A DNA stretch of 32,000 nucleotides from an uncultured Desulfomonile sp. (GCA_903952205.1 CAJBEZ010000064.1:1-32000), one strand, 5' to 3'; positions 9,108 to 17,820 are shown, counted from the stretch's first letter. Notes: generated by a model from the sequence alone, not told the origin. Made by a program: numbers and translations.

Positions 9108-9136
9108 TTGACAAGGTAATTTCGACATGATAGCTG
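9108..9136 (+). promoter_or_regulatory. Candidate promoter of the Pro/Ala-rich protein gene
   Basis: A perfect TTGACA lies at 9108-9113. A 17-nt spacer ending in TGa follows, then a weak -10 (TAGCTG). The element is preceded by about 250 nt of very AT-rich DNA and would give a roughly 90-nt leader. Confidence 0.3.
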
Positions 9137-9234
9137 ACCGCACCAGGATTTGAACGGGGGTAAATCCTTAAAGTACTTTGTAAGCTTACACACCTATTGA
9201 TGTGTACAGGCCTATCCGAAAAGAGGAGGGTATA

Positions 9235-9723
9235 ATGGTGAAGAGAGTTTTTGCGGTTCTTACTTGCCTTTTCATGCTTGCCATGGCTTCTGGAGCCATC
9301 GCCGGGGGAGTTGTAAATCAGGCCCCTGCGCCCATGGCCCCTTGTGCGCCAGCGCCTTACGGCCCGGCAATGGGTAATCCCTGCGCTTATTGGGGCGACG
9401 CACCATTTCCAGGCCTTTGCGGTGGAGTGGTGGCGCTTCCATTTCTTGTAGTCGGCAGTCTCCTTGGTGGATCTACAGCAGGCCCACCACCACCAGCTAC
9501 CATGGCGCCGGCTCCCTATGGCGTCAGACCCGGCATGGTCCAAGCCGGCCCCGTGGCCCCTTACGGCGCAGTTCCCTGCGCTCCAGCTCCAGCTCCAGTT
9601 CCTGCGCAGTGCGGTCCAGCGGCCTATGGATCGGCGGGTTTATTCGGTGGTATACCGTGCCTGGAATTGTGTTCCAGTATTCTGGGGAGTTTCTCCGGTG
9701 TGGCTGGTTTCGGAGCCTATTAG
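9235..9723 (+). CDS. Secreted low-complexity Pro/Ala/Gly/Cys-rich repeat protein (unknown function)
   Basis: An in-frame ATG at 9235 lies 6 nt after AGGAGG. The signal-peptide-like N terminus is MVKRVFAVLTCLFMLAMASGAIA. The mature part has repeated AP(A/V)PYG-like units, 7 Cys and only 3 charged residues. The ORF-track start at 9202 has no SD. A strong terminator lies downstream. Confidence 0.7.
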   Translation: MVKRVFAVLTCLFMLAMASGAIAGGVVNQAPAPMAPCAPAPYGPAMGNPCAYWGDAPFPGLCGGVVALPFLVVGSLLGGSTAGPPPPATMAPAPYGVRPGMVQAGPVAPYGAVPCAPAPAPVPAQCGPAAYGSAGLFGGIPCLELCSSILGSFSGVAGFGAY

Positions 9724-9751
9724 AATATATCAATACCTGAAAATTGAAACA

Positions 9752-9781
9752 TTATGTTGGACTTATAAAAGTCCAACATAA
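9752..9781. repeat. Perfect 13-bp inverted repeat (hairpin, 4-nt loop)
   Basis: The sequence ttatgttggactt-ataa-aagtccaacataa was read directly. It lies 29 nt after the stop codon of the Pro/Ala-rich gene. No T-tract follows on the + strand. Confidence 0.8.
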
Positions 9782-9827
9782 GAACGTCAATAAAACAAAC
9801 AATATCCAAGATTTCCTTCCATTCCTT

Positions 9828-9856
9828 TGGGGACCTAGGTCCCCATTTTTTCTTTT
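9828..9856 (+). terminator. Rho-independent terminator
   Basis: The palindrome tGGGGACC-ta-GGTCCCCa is a GC-rich 8-bp stem. It is immediately followed by TTTTTTCTTTT. Confidence 0.8.
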
Positions 9857-10010
9857 CAAATCCTCCAATTCCAACTTCGTTCAAATATCCGCAATGTGGC
9901 CTTTTACATGCTGGAAGGAAGAAAACCACTCTCCCAAGAGTTTTGACCAATTTTTTTGACGCCAAAAAAATCAGATGCGCCCACTGGCCTAACCGCACAG
10001 AAGCTGAAAA

Positions 10011-11483
10011 TTATTCAATACTTGTCAATCTTTCGGATACGGCTCTCTCGTAAAGAGCTAAATATTCCCTAGCTGATCTGTTCCATGAATAATCTTTGTT
10101 CATTCCTCTTATCATAAGTCTTTTCCATACTTCGGGCTGATCCCTGTACACCCGTATGGCCTTTAGAACGGCTCTCTCCAAAGCTATGGCGTTTGGAGGA
10201 AAAAACTTAAATCCTGTGCCCGTCTCTGGATCAACATCAAATTCATCTACGGTATCAGTTAATCCTCCTGTAGCAGTTACAATAGGAACTGCGCCGTATT
10301 TTAGAGCGTATAGCTGATTTAATCCGCATGGTTCATAGCGAGAGGGAATCAGTATCATGTCGGAACCAGCGAATATCTTGTGAGCCATCGAGTAATCATA
10401 CTTGAGGAATGCGCTAACCTTACCTGGGTATTTAACAACCAGATCATTGAAAATGTGGTGATACTGGAGTTCTCCAGTGCCAAGAACAATTAACTGTATG
10501 TCATTACCCACAATCGAGTCGAAAGCCTCGGCCACTATATCCACACCCTTTTGGCTTGAAAGACGACTTACCACGGCTATTAGGGGTTTGTGAGGATTCA
10601 GTTGCAGGCCGGCCAACCGTTGAAGTTCATCCTTGCATACAGATTTTCCCGTCAGATCTTCGGCCGAATAAGATTGAGCAGCGTACAAATCCGTTTGTGG
10701 GTTCCAAAGGGAATAGTCCACTCCGTTTAAAATACCAGATAGTCGATCCTTCTTTTCCTGAAGTATGCCTTCGAGTCCAAATCCAAACTCACTCGTTAAA
10801 ATTTCGTTTCGATATCCTGGAGACACTGTGTTGATAAGGTCCGCAAACACTAACCCGCTCTTGAGAAAATTAAGTTTTCCATGAAATTCCATATGCTTAG
10901 GCGTGAAGAATTCCCAACCCACACCCACTAAAGGCATGTCCAGGTGCCAGAATATGCCTTGATAGCCAAGGTTATGGATAGTCATCACCGCTGCGCTATT
11001 CCTTAAAAGAGGCTCACCAGCATATAGGGTCCTCAGATAAACCGCCGTGAGAGCGGCTTGCCAGTCATGAGAATGAAAAACATCGTAGTGTCTTCCCTCC
11101 TGGAGGGCCAGTTCAAGGGCAGCCCTAGTCAGAAACACGAATCTTTCGGCGTTGTCTTCATAATCACCGGTTTCGGGGGTACCATAAAGATAGTCTCTGT
11201 CATAATAGTCATCGCATTCCAGAAAACCGTATCTCGCTCCATTCTTTCCAACATGTTCCCAAAGGCCCGCTTTCACATTCTTAGCGTTCAATGTGACTTC
11301 AATACTAACATTGGATTTGGTAATGTTGAAATTGTCCGGGTTGATGCCTCGATACTTTGGCATAAGCACATCGACTTCAACACCCAAGGCGGCCAATTCA
11401 ACCGGCAGAGCAGACAAAACCTCACCAAGGCCCCCAGTTTGGGCAAAGGGAGTTGCTTCTGGAGTAACCATTAGGACACGCAC
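10011..11483 (-). CDS. glgA: Glycogen synthase (ADP-glucose type)
   Basis: The 490-aa ORF has an N-terminal MVTPEATPFAQTGGLGEVLSALP motif and the C-terminal PSRYEPCGLNQLYALKYG and TGGLTDTV motifs typical of GlgA. The GTG start lies 8 nt after GGAGGA. Confidence 0.95.
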   Translation of the reverse strand: MRVLMVTPEATPFAQTGGLGEVLSALPVELAALGVEVDVLMPKYRGINPDNFNITKSNVSIEVTLNAKNVKAGLWEHVGKNGARYGFLECDDYYDRDYLYGTPETGDYEDNAERFVFLTRAALELALQEGRHYDVFHSHDWQAALTAVYLRTLYAGEPLLRNSAAVMTIHNLGYQGIFWHLDMPLVGVGWEFFTPKHMEFHGKLNFLKSGLVFADLINTVSPGYRNEILTSEFGFGLEGILQEKKDRLSGILNGVDYSLWNPQTDLYAAQSYSAEDLTGKSVCKDELQRLAGLQLNPHKPLIAVVSRLSSQKGVDIVAEAFDSIVGNDIQLIVLGTGELQYHHIFNDLVVKYPGKVSAFLKYDYSMAHKIFAGSDMILIPSRYEPCGLNQLYALKYGAVPIVTATGGLTDTVDEFDVDPETGTGFKFFPPNAIALERAVLKAIRVYRDQPEVWKRLMIRGMNKDYSWNRSAREYLALYERAVSERLTSIE

Positions 11484-11775
11484 GTAACTAATCCTCCGTT
11501 AAATAGTAGAACACACGTAAGACGCCTAAAGCTATGACGAAATAATCAACCATTTGAGCCACAAACAACCGAGTGATAGCAAAGAAACTAACGCAACAAC
11601 AGTCCCACCTTTGGATAATTAGCCAGAATCTGACTAAACCATCGTTGCGCCCAATTCCTGGCGTTAACTTTCAATCGCCTTTAACCTGGTGGCGTTAATT
11701 GTGTCTTTATCACAAATGATTGGAAAATTCCATGACACAGGGATTTGCATGTTGAACGAAAGAAACTCTCATCAA

Positions 11776-12273
11776 TCAAGCCTGCGTTTGACCTCTTTTT
11801 ATATGGGCGACAAGGCCGCCATCCTCGACAAGCTGTTTCATGAATGGGGGAATTGAAGCTACCTTGAACTCCTCACCACTACTCAGGTTTTTGATGAGAC
11901 CTTTGTCGGGGTCTATTTCAATAGTGTCTCCCTCTTTAACATTGGCTGAAGCCTCGGGACTTTCAAAAATTAACAGCCCCATGTTAAAAGCGTTTCTAAA
12001 AAAGATGCGCGCAAAACTTGCGGCAATTACACATGAGATTCCTGCGCTTTTTATGGCGACTGGCGCATGTTCACGAGAAGAACCACAACCAAAATTCTTT
12101 CCAGCGACGATTATATCACCTGGGGCAACCTTTGAAGGAAACTGGGCGTCAGCGTCTTCCATTAAGTGTTCTGCCAGTTTTGACGGCTCCGTAATGTTTA
12201 GATATCTAGCTGGAATTATTTCGTCTGTATTAATGTCGTCTCCAAACCTCCAGACTTTGCCTTCTATGGTCAT
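11776..12273 (-). CDS. leuD: 3-isopropylmalate/(homo)aconitate dehydratase small subunit (LeuD type 2)
   Basis: The 165-aa ORF carries GDDINTDEIIPARYL and GKNFGCGSSREHAP, hallmarks of aconitase-family swivel-domain small subunits. A GGAGG SD precedes the ATG. Confidence 0.88.
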   Translation of the reverse strand: MTIEGKVWRFGDDINTDEIIPARYLNITEPSKLAEHLMEDADAQFPSKVAPGDIIVAGKNFGCGSSREHAPVAIKSAGISCVIAASFARIFFRNAFNMGLLIFESPEASANVKEGDTIEIDPDKGLIKNLSSGEEFKVASIPPFMKQLVEDGGLVAHIKRGQTQA

Positions 12274-12518
12274 TAGGCCTCCGAAAGAAAACTTATCTTC
12301 TGATACAAAGTATAGACTTTGTAATAAGTGATGATTTCTGATTCCAAAATCCGAGTGCGATGAAGCTTTTGTGGCATTATTGACTATTCATTGCAAGTTA
12401 CTTTTGACAAATGGTTGTATTCGTTCTTGTCCGTTCTTGTACTGCGGGTTTCTCAGGTGGTGATTTTGAGAGAATTCATGTTAATTACATCATATTATTG
12501 AACCAGGAGATTAATTGG

Positions 12519-13622
12519 ATGAAGCGATTTTTGAATCGAGGCATAAGCCTTCAGGTTATCCAGGGAATGCCTTTGAGCTCATTGATAAGGGTGATAGCCG
12601 GAAACAGATTCCTTGTCGACTCTGAGCATTTGGGTCGATTAGCGTATCTGATAGGAATAGGAGTCTTCAATTCCATTCTGGGCTTGTGCGAGCGTTTTTT
12701 TGACGGTGAAGAAATATCGAAGGTAGAGATCAAGCAGTCCCCGTTTTTTGTATTGGGACACTGGAGAAGTGGGACCACTCACTTACACAATTTGCTGAGT
12801 CTGGATGAAAACTTTTCAAGTCCAAAAGTTTACCAGTGCCTGTTTCCATACCATTTCATCTTTTCACAGGTCGGATCCGGGGCAATGTCTTTTCTTGGGC
12901 CTCGAAAGCGCCCCATGGACAATGTGGATTTTTCGTCTTTAGTTCCTCATGAAGATGAATTTGCTCTGGCTGCTTTGTCTTTAGTTTCACCATACATAAA
13001 AGTCATTTTTCCCGTTACGGGCGAAAATTGGCACACTGAACTCGATTTGGACAAAATTCCAGAACAGTGGAGAACCTCATGGAAAGAAGCCTTTTTAGTG
13101 TTCCTCAAGAAAATGCAACTTTCGGAAGGAGGAAAACCGCTGTTGAAATCGCCTCCCCACACGGCAAGAATTAAGCACCTACTGGAGATGTTTCCCGATG
13201 CTCAATTCGTCCATATCGTTAGGAATCCTTACGAGGTGTATCTGTCCAGTTTAAATCTTTGGAACAAGTCCTTTGCCAAAGCTCGTCTTCAAGAACCTTC
13301 CGACGAACTGGTTCAAAATCAGATTTTGAGTTGGTATGTTGAAATGTTTGAACTATATGAAAGAGACAAGGCCTTGATTCCCCATGGCGCCTTAACAGAA
13401 CTTAAGTTTGAGGATCTTGAAGCGGAGCCAATTGTGGAACTGGAAAAAATTTATACTAGACTTGATCTTCCAAATTTCGATTGTTTTCGGGGAAAGGCTT
13501 TAGAATATCTTCATGGGCTCAAGAAATACCAGAAAAATGTCTATCAACTTGATGAAAAGACAAAAACCATTGTAAGTGAAAAGTGGTGTAATACATTTGA
13601 AAAATATGGATACAATTTCTAA
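12519..13622 (+). CDS. Sulfotransferase family protein
   Basis: HWRSGTTHLHNLL matches the 5'-phosphosulfate-binding loop of PAPS-dependent sulfotransferases, and a downstream RNPYEV-type region follows. I prefer the ATG at 12519, which is preceded by AGGAGA, over the ORF-track start at 12411. Confidence 0.75.
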   Translation: MKRFLNRGISLQVIQGMPLSSLIRVIAGNRFLVDSEHLGRLAYLIGIGVFNSILGLCERFFDGEEISKVEIKQSPFFVLGHWRSGTTHLHNLLSLDENFSSPKVYQCLFPYHFIFSQVGSGAMSFLGPRKRPMDNVDFSSLVPHEDEFALAALSLVSPYIKVIFPVTGENWHTELDLDKIPEQWRTSWKEAFLVFLKKMQLSEGGKPLLKSPPHTARIKHLLEMFPDAQFVHIVRNPYEVYLSSLNLWNKSFAKARLQEPSDELVQNQILSWYVEMFELYERDKALIPHGALTELKFEDLEAEPIVELEKIYTRLDLPNFDCFRGKALEYLHGLKKYQKNVYQLDEKTKTIVSEKWCNTFEKYGYNF

Positions 13623-13691
13623 ATCTTTATTCGTTATCCGGATGACCACAGAGTGGATCTTTAAATCAAGCTTATAAAGAAGGGTTTTCTT

Positions 13692-16352
13692 GTGAATCCG
13701 TCTCAAGAGTCAAATTCCTCTGAAAACAATGAAAATGTTACACCAATGATCCGGCAATACCTAGCCCAGAAAAGAAAGCATCCTGACGCCATACTTCTTT
13801 TCAGGATGGGTGACTTCTACGAAATGTTTTTTGAAGACGCATCCCGAGCTTCTCGGATCTTAGACATAGCGTTAACCACCCGGGACAGAAATAAAGTTAA
13901 CAGTATTCCGATGTGCGGTTTTCCGCATCATTCTTCGTCGTTATACATATCAAAATTGCTCGCCGCAGGTGAACGCGTCGCCATATGTGATCAAGTTGAG
14001 AACCCCAAGCTAGCCAAAGGTCTTGTTAAAAGAGAGGTCACCCGCGTGGTGACCCCTGGATTGATTGATGATACTGATGTTTTGACAGCCAATGAAAATC
14101 ATTTCATCTGTTCAATCTCGAAAATTGAAACTGAAATAGGGCTTGCCGCCTTGGATTTAAGTACCGGTGAATTTCTTGTGACCATTACCACTGAGTTGAC
14201 CTTGGCAAGTCAGGAATTAAAGCGCATGGATCCCAAGGAGACTTTAATTGAAAAAGATGGTTTGACCGAAGAGGATGTAAATAGCGTTCTTTCCGATGAA
14301 ATCTATACACACGAACTTGAAAGCTACTTTTTCGACCCTAAAAGTTGTGAAGAATCATTGCGGGAATACTTTGGAGTGCAGAATTTAGTGGGCTTCGGCC
14401 TACATGATAAACATCCGCTGGTGTCGGCTGCTGGAGCGCTCATTCAATATATCAACCAAACAAGGTCTGAAAAACCAAGCCACATAAAGGCTCCTAGAGT
14501 TTACAGCCTTGATTCTTTCATGATTCTCGATCAATCGACCATCAGGAATCTGGAAATTTTCAGAAATCTTAGAGACGGCTCATCCAAGGGATCGTTGATA
14601 AGTGTAATAGACAGGACCAAGACCTCAATGGGGGCTCGCCTGATACGGAAATGGATTTCCTATCCGTTGCTCGATGTTGAATCAATAACAAAAAGATTGG
14701 AATTGACGGGGAGTTTTGTAGACCATTTTGAAATTCGCAGTGAAATTCGTAACATTTTGACAAATTTTGCCGATTTGGAGCGACTTGCAGCCAAGATATC
14801 ATTGCGAACCGCATTACCAAGAGACTTAGCGCAATTGCGATTTTCCTGCGAAAAGATTCCAGAAATAATTAAACGACTCCAAAATTTCGAGACAGATTCC
14901 GGGATTCAACTGGCGGAGATGGATGATCTTTCGTATGTCGCGTATGCTATACAGGCAGTCATCGTGGATGACCCACCAACAAGCCTCAAGGATGGCGGTG
15001 TCATTCGAAATGGGTATAACTCGGAACTTGATGAATTGATAGAAATAGGAAAGTCCGGAAGAGCCTGGATTGCCGGAATCGAAAAACGGGAACGGGAGGA
15101 AACCGGTATTGCCAACTTGAAAGTTGGATACACGAGGGTTTTTGGATATTACATTGAGATTACCCGCAGTCATCAAGATAAGGTCCCAGGTCATTACCTT
15201 CGTAAACAGACATTGGTAGGATCCGAAAGGTTTGTCACCGAAGAACTCAAAGAATATGAACTCAAAGTCCTAAATGCTCAGGAGAGAATCCTGGAATTGG
15301 AAGAAGAAATTTTTCTGAATTTGAGGGCTAAATTGATCGAGGTTATAGACAGAATCCAGAATACAGCCCAGCGAATAGCGGAAATAGATGTCTTGAGTTC
15401 ACTTGCCGAAGTGGCGGTTGTAAACAACTACCTTCGACCAGAAATCACCGATAGTGATGTTATAAACATAGTGGAAGGCCGTCATCCTGTAGTTGAGTCT
15501 TTTGTATCGGGTGAGGCTTATATCCCAAATGATACCCATCTCGATCATACAAACAACCAGATCCTTGTCATTACCGGCCCCAACATGGCGGGAAAATCAA
15601 CTTATATGAGACAAACGGCGCTGATAGCGCTACTCGCGCAAATTGGAAGTTTTGTCCCTGCTAAAGAAGCGTCTATAGGAGTTGTCGACAGAATCTTTAC
15701 CAGGATTGGAGCCTCAGACTATCTCTCCTTCGGACAATCCACTTTTATGGTTGAAATGAACGAAACAGCGGCGATTCTGAATAGTGCTACTTCAAGGTCA
15801 TTGGCTCTTCTCGACGAAGTAGGCCGCGGCACAAGTACTTTTGACGGCCTAGCTATTGCCTGGGCTGTTATAGAGTTCCTGCATGATATGCAGGGAAACG
15901 GTGGGCCTAGAACTTTATTTGCCACTCACTACCATGAACTTGTGGACGTGGCGCTGGTAAAGAGCCGAGTCTCCAACTTCAATTTTGAAGTAAGACAATG
16001 GAAGAACCGAATAGTTTTTCTTAGAAAAATTACCCCAGGTGGCGCGAGTAGATCTTACGGTCTCCAAGTTGCTCGCCTTGCAGGCATTCCTGACTCTGTC
16101 CTACGAAGAGCTTCCGAGATACTAAACAATCTCGAGAAAGAAGAAATAGACCCAGGTGGTCGTCCAAAAATTTCACGAACTAGAGTTTCCCGCTCTAAAG
16201 AAGAAGGACTAGATTTGGCTCAAATAGAGTTGTTTAGTTCACCCGCCGACGAGTTGCTTCGGGATATCCAGTCAGTGGACATTAATCAAATAAGTCCCAT
16301 TGAGGCTCTCAACATGCTCTGGGAGTTTAAAAAAAAATACTCCAGGGTCTAA
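13692..16352 (+). CDS. mutS: DNA mismatch repair protein MutS
   Basis: The 886-aa ORF has TPMIRQYL...GDFYEMF mismatch-recognition motifs at the N terminus. It also carries Walker A GPNMAGKST and DEVGRGTSTFDG. The GTG start follows GAAGGG. Confidence 0.97.
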   Translation: MNPSQESNSSENNENVTPMIRQYLAQKRKHPDAILLFRMGDFYEMFFEDASRASRILDIALTTRDRNKVNSIPMCGFPHHSSSLYISKLLAAGERVAICDQVENPKLAKGLVKREVTRVVTPGLIDDTDVLTANENHFICSISKIETEIGLAALDLSTGEFLVTITTELTLASQELKRMDPKETLIEKDGLTEEDVNSVLSDEIYTHELESYFFDPKSCEESLREYFGVQNLVGFGLHDKHPLVSAAGALIQYINQTRSEKPSHIKAPRVYSLDSFMILDQSTIRNLEIFRNLRDGSSKGSLISVIDRTKTSMGARLIRKWISYPLLDVESITKRLELTGSFVDHFEIRSEIRNILTNFADLERLAAKISLRTALPRDLAQLRFSCEKIPEIIKRLQNFETDSGIQLAEMDDLSYVAYAIQAVIVDDPPTSLKDGGVIRNGYNSELDELIEIGKSGRAWIAGIEKREREETGIANLKVGYTRVFGYYIEITRSHQDKVPGHYLRKQTLVGSERFVTEELKEYELKVLNAQERILELEEEIFLNLRAKLIEVIDRIQNTAQRIAEIDVLSSLAEVAVVNNYLRPEITDSDVINIVEGRHPVVESFVSGEAYIPNDTHLDHTNNQILVITGPNMAGKSTYMRQTALIALLAQIGSFVPAKEASIGVVDRIFTRIGASDYLSFGQSTFMVEMNETAAILNSATSRSLALLDEVGRGTSTFDGLAIAWAVIEFLHDMQGNGGPRTLFATHYHELVDVALVKSRVSNFNFEVRQWKNRIVFLRKITPGGASRSYGLQVARLAGIPDSVLRRASEILNNLEKEEIDPGGRPKISRTRVSRSKEEGLDLAQIELFSSPADELLRDIQSVDINQISPIEALNMLWEFKKKYSRV

Positions 16353-16452
16353 TTTTTGAATTTCCCCCAATGCGTAAGGTTTTGGTTGAAATTCATGGGA
16401 CCATTGTTCTATCAACTCTATTAAGATCGGTCATTACCAGGAAACATAAACA

Positions 16453-17643
16453 ATGTTTTTAGCAGATTTGGCTAATGTCTCCCTGAGACAGATATATAGA
16501 AACCGACGACGTTACAAAAGTGTGATTGTTGGCATCTCCGTCGGTATTGCCGGAATAATAATCGTTCTTACCATGGGTGATTCAGTCGAAGAAAATTTAG
16601 GTCAAAATCTTGAACTGCTTGGGAGCGCCACAATAGTTAAAGCGAGTTTCGATTACACAAAGAGCAAAAGAAAACATGGTGGACAGTATTTCGACAAGGA
16701 TGTCGATGATATAAAGAAACTACCGGGCGTAAAATCGGCGTCACCGGTGGTTCTGGGTTTCCCGATTTTTACATACAAGCTCAACAGGAGTGATGGAAGA
16801 TTGTTGGGTGTTGAAGAGAATTTTTTTGACACCGTCCACATACCCATGGCCCGTGGTCGTAGAATCAACTTCGATGACGTGGCATGGTTCAGCAGCGTCT
16901 GCGTTGTCGGCGATGAAATTGTCAGGGCTCTTTTTTCTAAAGATGAAGATCCCCTCGGTAAGAGAATTTTCATTGGTGGACATTTGTTTCGTATCGTGGG
17001 AGTAATCGGAGGTGTTGAAGATCCTTCATTTCTAAAAACTGTCATGATTCCCATATCTGTCGCGCGATCTAGATTCGCCGACATGTACGAGATAAAGAAT
17101 ATTTATGTCCGTGCATTTAACTGGGACGCCGTAGCCAAATTGCATCAGGACTTGTATGAAGTTCTAAAGGCAAACCAGCCTGGATACGCTGAATCAATGG
17201 ACATCAGATCCTTTCCGGAGCGTATTAAAACAATTCAGCACGCTGTATTGCTCGTTAAAGTTTTCTTGTACGCGGCGTTGTCGGTTACCATGGTGTTGGG
17301 CGGAATCGGGATCATGAATGTTATGTTATCAGCCATAAGAGAGCGTACCAAGGAAATTGGCCTTCGCAAATCGGTAGGAGCGACTGAGTGGATGATCCTG
17401 TCACAGTTTCTTTTTGAATCAGTTTCCATAAGCTTGACAGGGGCGCTATTGGGAATTTTACTTGGTATAGTTGGCGTCACAGTTCTTCTAGAAGTGTTTC
17501 AGACTTCTCCGTCGTATGGAATGTTTCTTATGAGCATATTTGGAGGAGTTGTTTTTGGAGTATTTCTGGGGATAGCTTCAGGCATATTGCCTGCCATCAA
17601 GGCGAGTCGTTTAGACCCTGCGGAGTCTATGCGGTTTGAATAG
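16453..17643 (+). CDS. ABC transporter permease, MacB/FtsX type
   Basis: The 396-aa ORF has an N-terminal TM helix and a large periplasmic MacB-like domain. Three C-terminal TM helices follow, with the FtsX-type EIGLRKSVGAT motif and a terminal ...ASRLDPAESMRFE. Confidence 0.85.
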   Translation: MFLADLANVSLRQIYRNRRRYKSVIVGISVGIAGIIIVLTMGDSVEENLGQNLELLGSATIVKASFDYTKSKRKHGGQYFDKDVDDIKKLPGVKSASPVVLGFPIFTYKLNRSDGRLLGVEENFFDTVHIPMARGRRINFDDVAWFSSVCVVGDEIVRALFSKDEDPLGKRIFIGGHLFRIVGVIGGVEDPSFLKTVMIPISVARSRFADMYEIKNIYVRAFNWDAVAKLHQDLYEVLKANQPGYAESMDIRSFPERIKTIQHAVLLVKVFLYAALSVTMVLGGIGIMNVMLSAIRERTKEIGLRKSVGATEWMILSQFLFESVSISLTGALLGILLGIVGVTVLLEVFQTSPSYGMFLMSIFGGVVFGVFLGIASGILPAIKASRLDPAESMRFE

Positions 17644-17709
17644 CTGTCGCTGGACAAATGTTTTTAGTCCAAACTGCGTTTTAAACAAGTCAACCAAGTA
17701 ATTTTGGAA

Positions 17710-17769
17710 CCGTCTCTCGCCGAATTAGTAAATGTTCACACAGATGAAAAAGGCGAGAGATGGCTTTTT
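17710..17769 (+). terminator. Candidate terminator (long-loop hairpin plus T-tract)
   Basis: ccgtctctcgcc (17710-17721) pairs with ggcgagagatgg (17752-17763). That gives 12 bp including one G-U pair across a 30-nt loop. cTTTTT follows. It sits in the convergent gap between the permease and the oxidoreductase genes. Confidence 0.4.
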
Positions 17770-17820
17770 AGAATTTATACAATTGCCGCTAAGGACAAAT
17801 AACATTCCGCAATTTCAAAG

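Noticed and set aside
9141-9170. caccaggatttgaacggggg, which resembles the 3' T-arm/acceptor region of a minus-strand tRNA
   Set aside because: On reverse complementing, no T-stem pairing, acceptor stem or anticodon arm can be built. It folds simply as a 7-bp hairpin in the leader of the downstream gene.
9082-9781. Multiple overlapping ORFs in several frames and on both strands (9082-9543 minus; 9390-9740 and 9464-9781 plus; 9524-9733 minus)
   Set aside because: Open frames are expected by chance in GC-rich, stop-poor sequence. Only the frame starting at 9235 has an AGGAGG SD, a signal peptide and a downstream terminator. The other translations are Arg/Trp/Ser-rich nonsense.
9951-9970. T7-gacgcc-A7 inverted repeat as a possible glgA terminator
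   Set aside because: The stem would be purely A-U and no GC-rich stem precedes the U-run. This is too weak to call.
9720-9998. ORFs 9720-9998 (minus, 92 aa) and 9744-9959 (plus, 71 aa) in the gap between the Pro-rich gene and glgA
   Set aside because: They run through two hairpins and a terminator. They have no SD and their translations have an implausible composition. The region is better explained as 3' UTR/terminator DNA.
11840-12331. 163-aa plus-strand ORF opposite leuD
   Set aside because: It is an antisense shadow of a CDS that has clear family motifs.
14569-15925. Minus-strand ORFs inside mutS, and similar ones inside pnp, the permease gene and the oxidoreductase gene
   Set aside because: All are fully nested in strongly supported genes and lack motifs or start signals.
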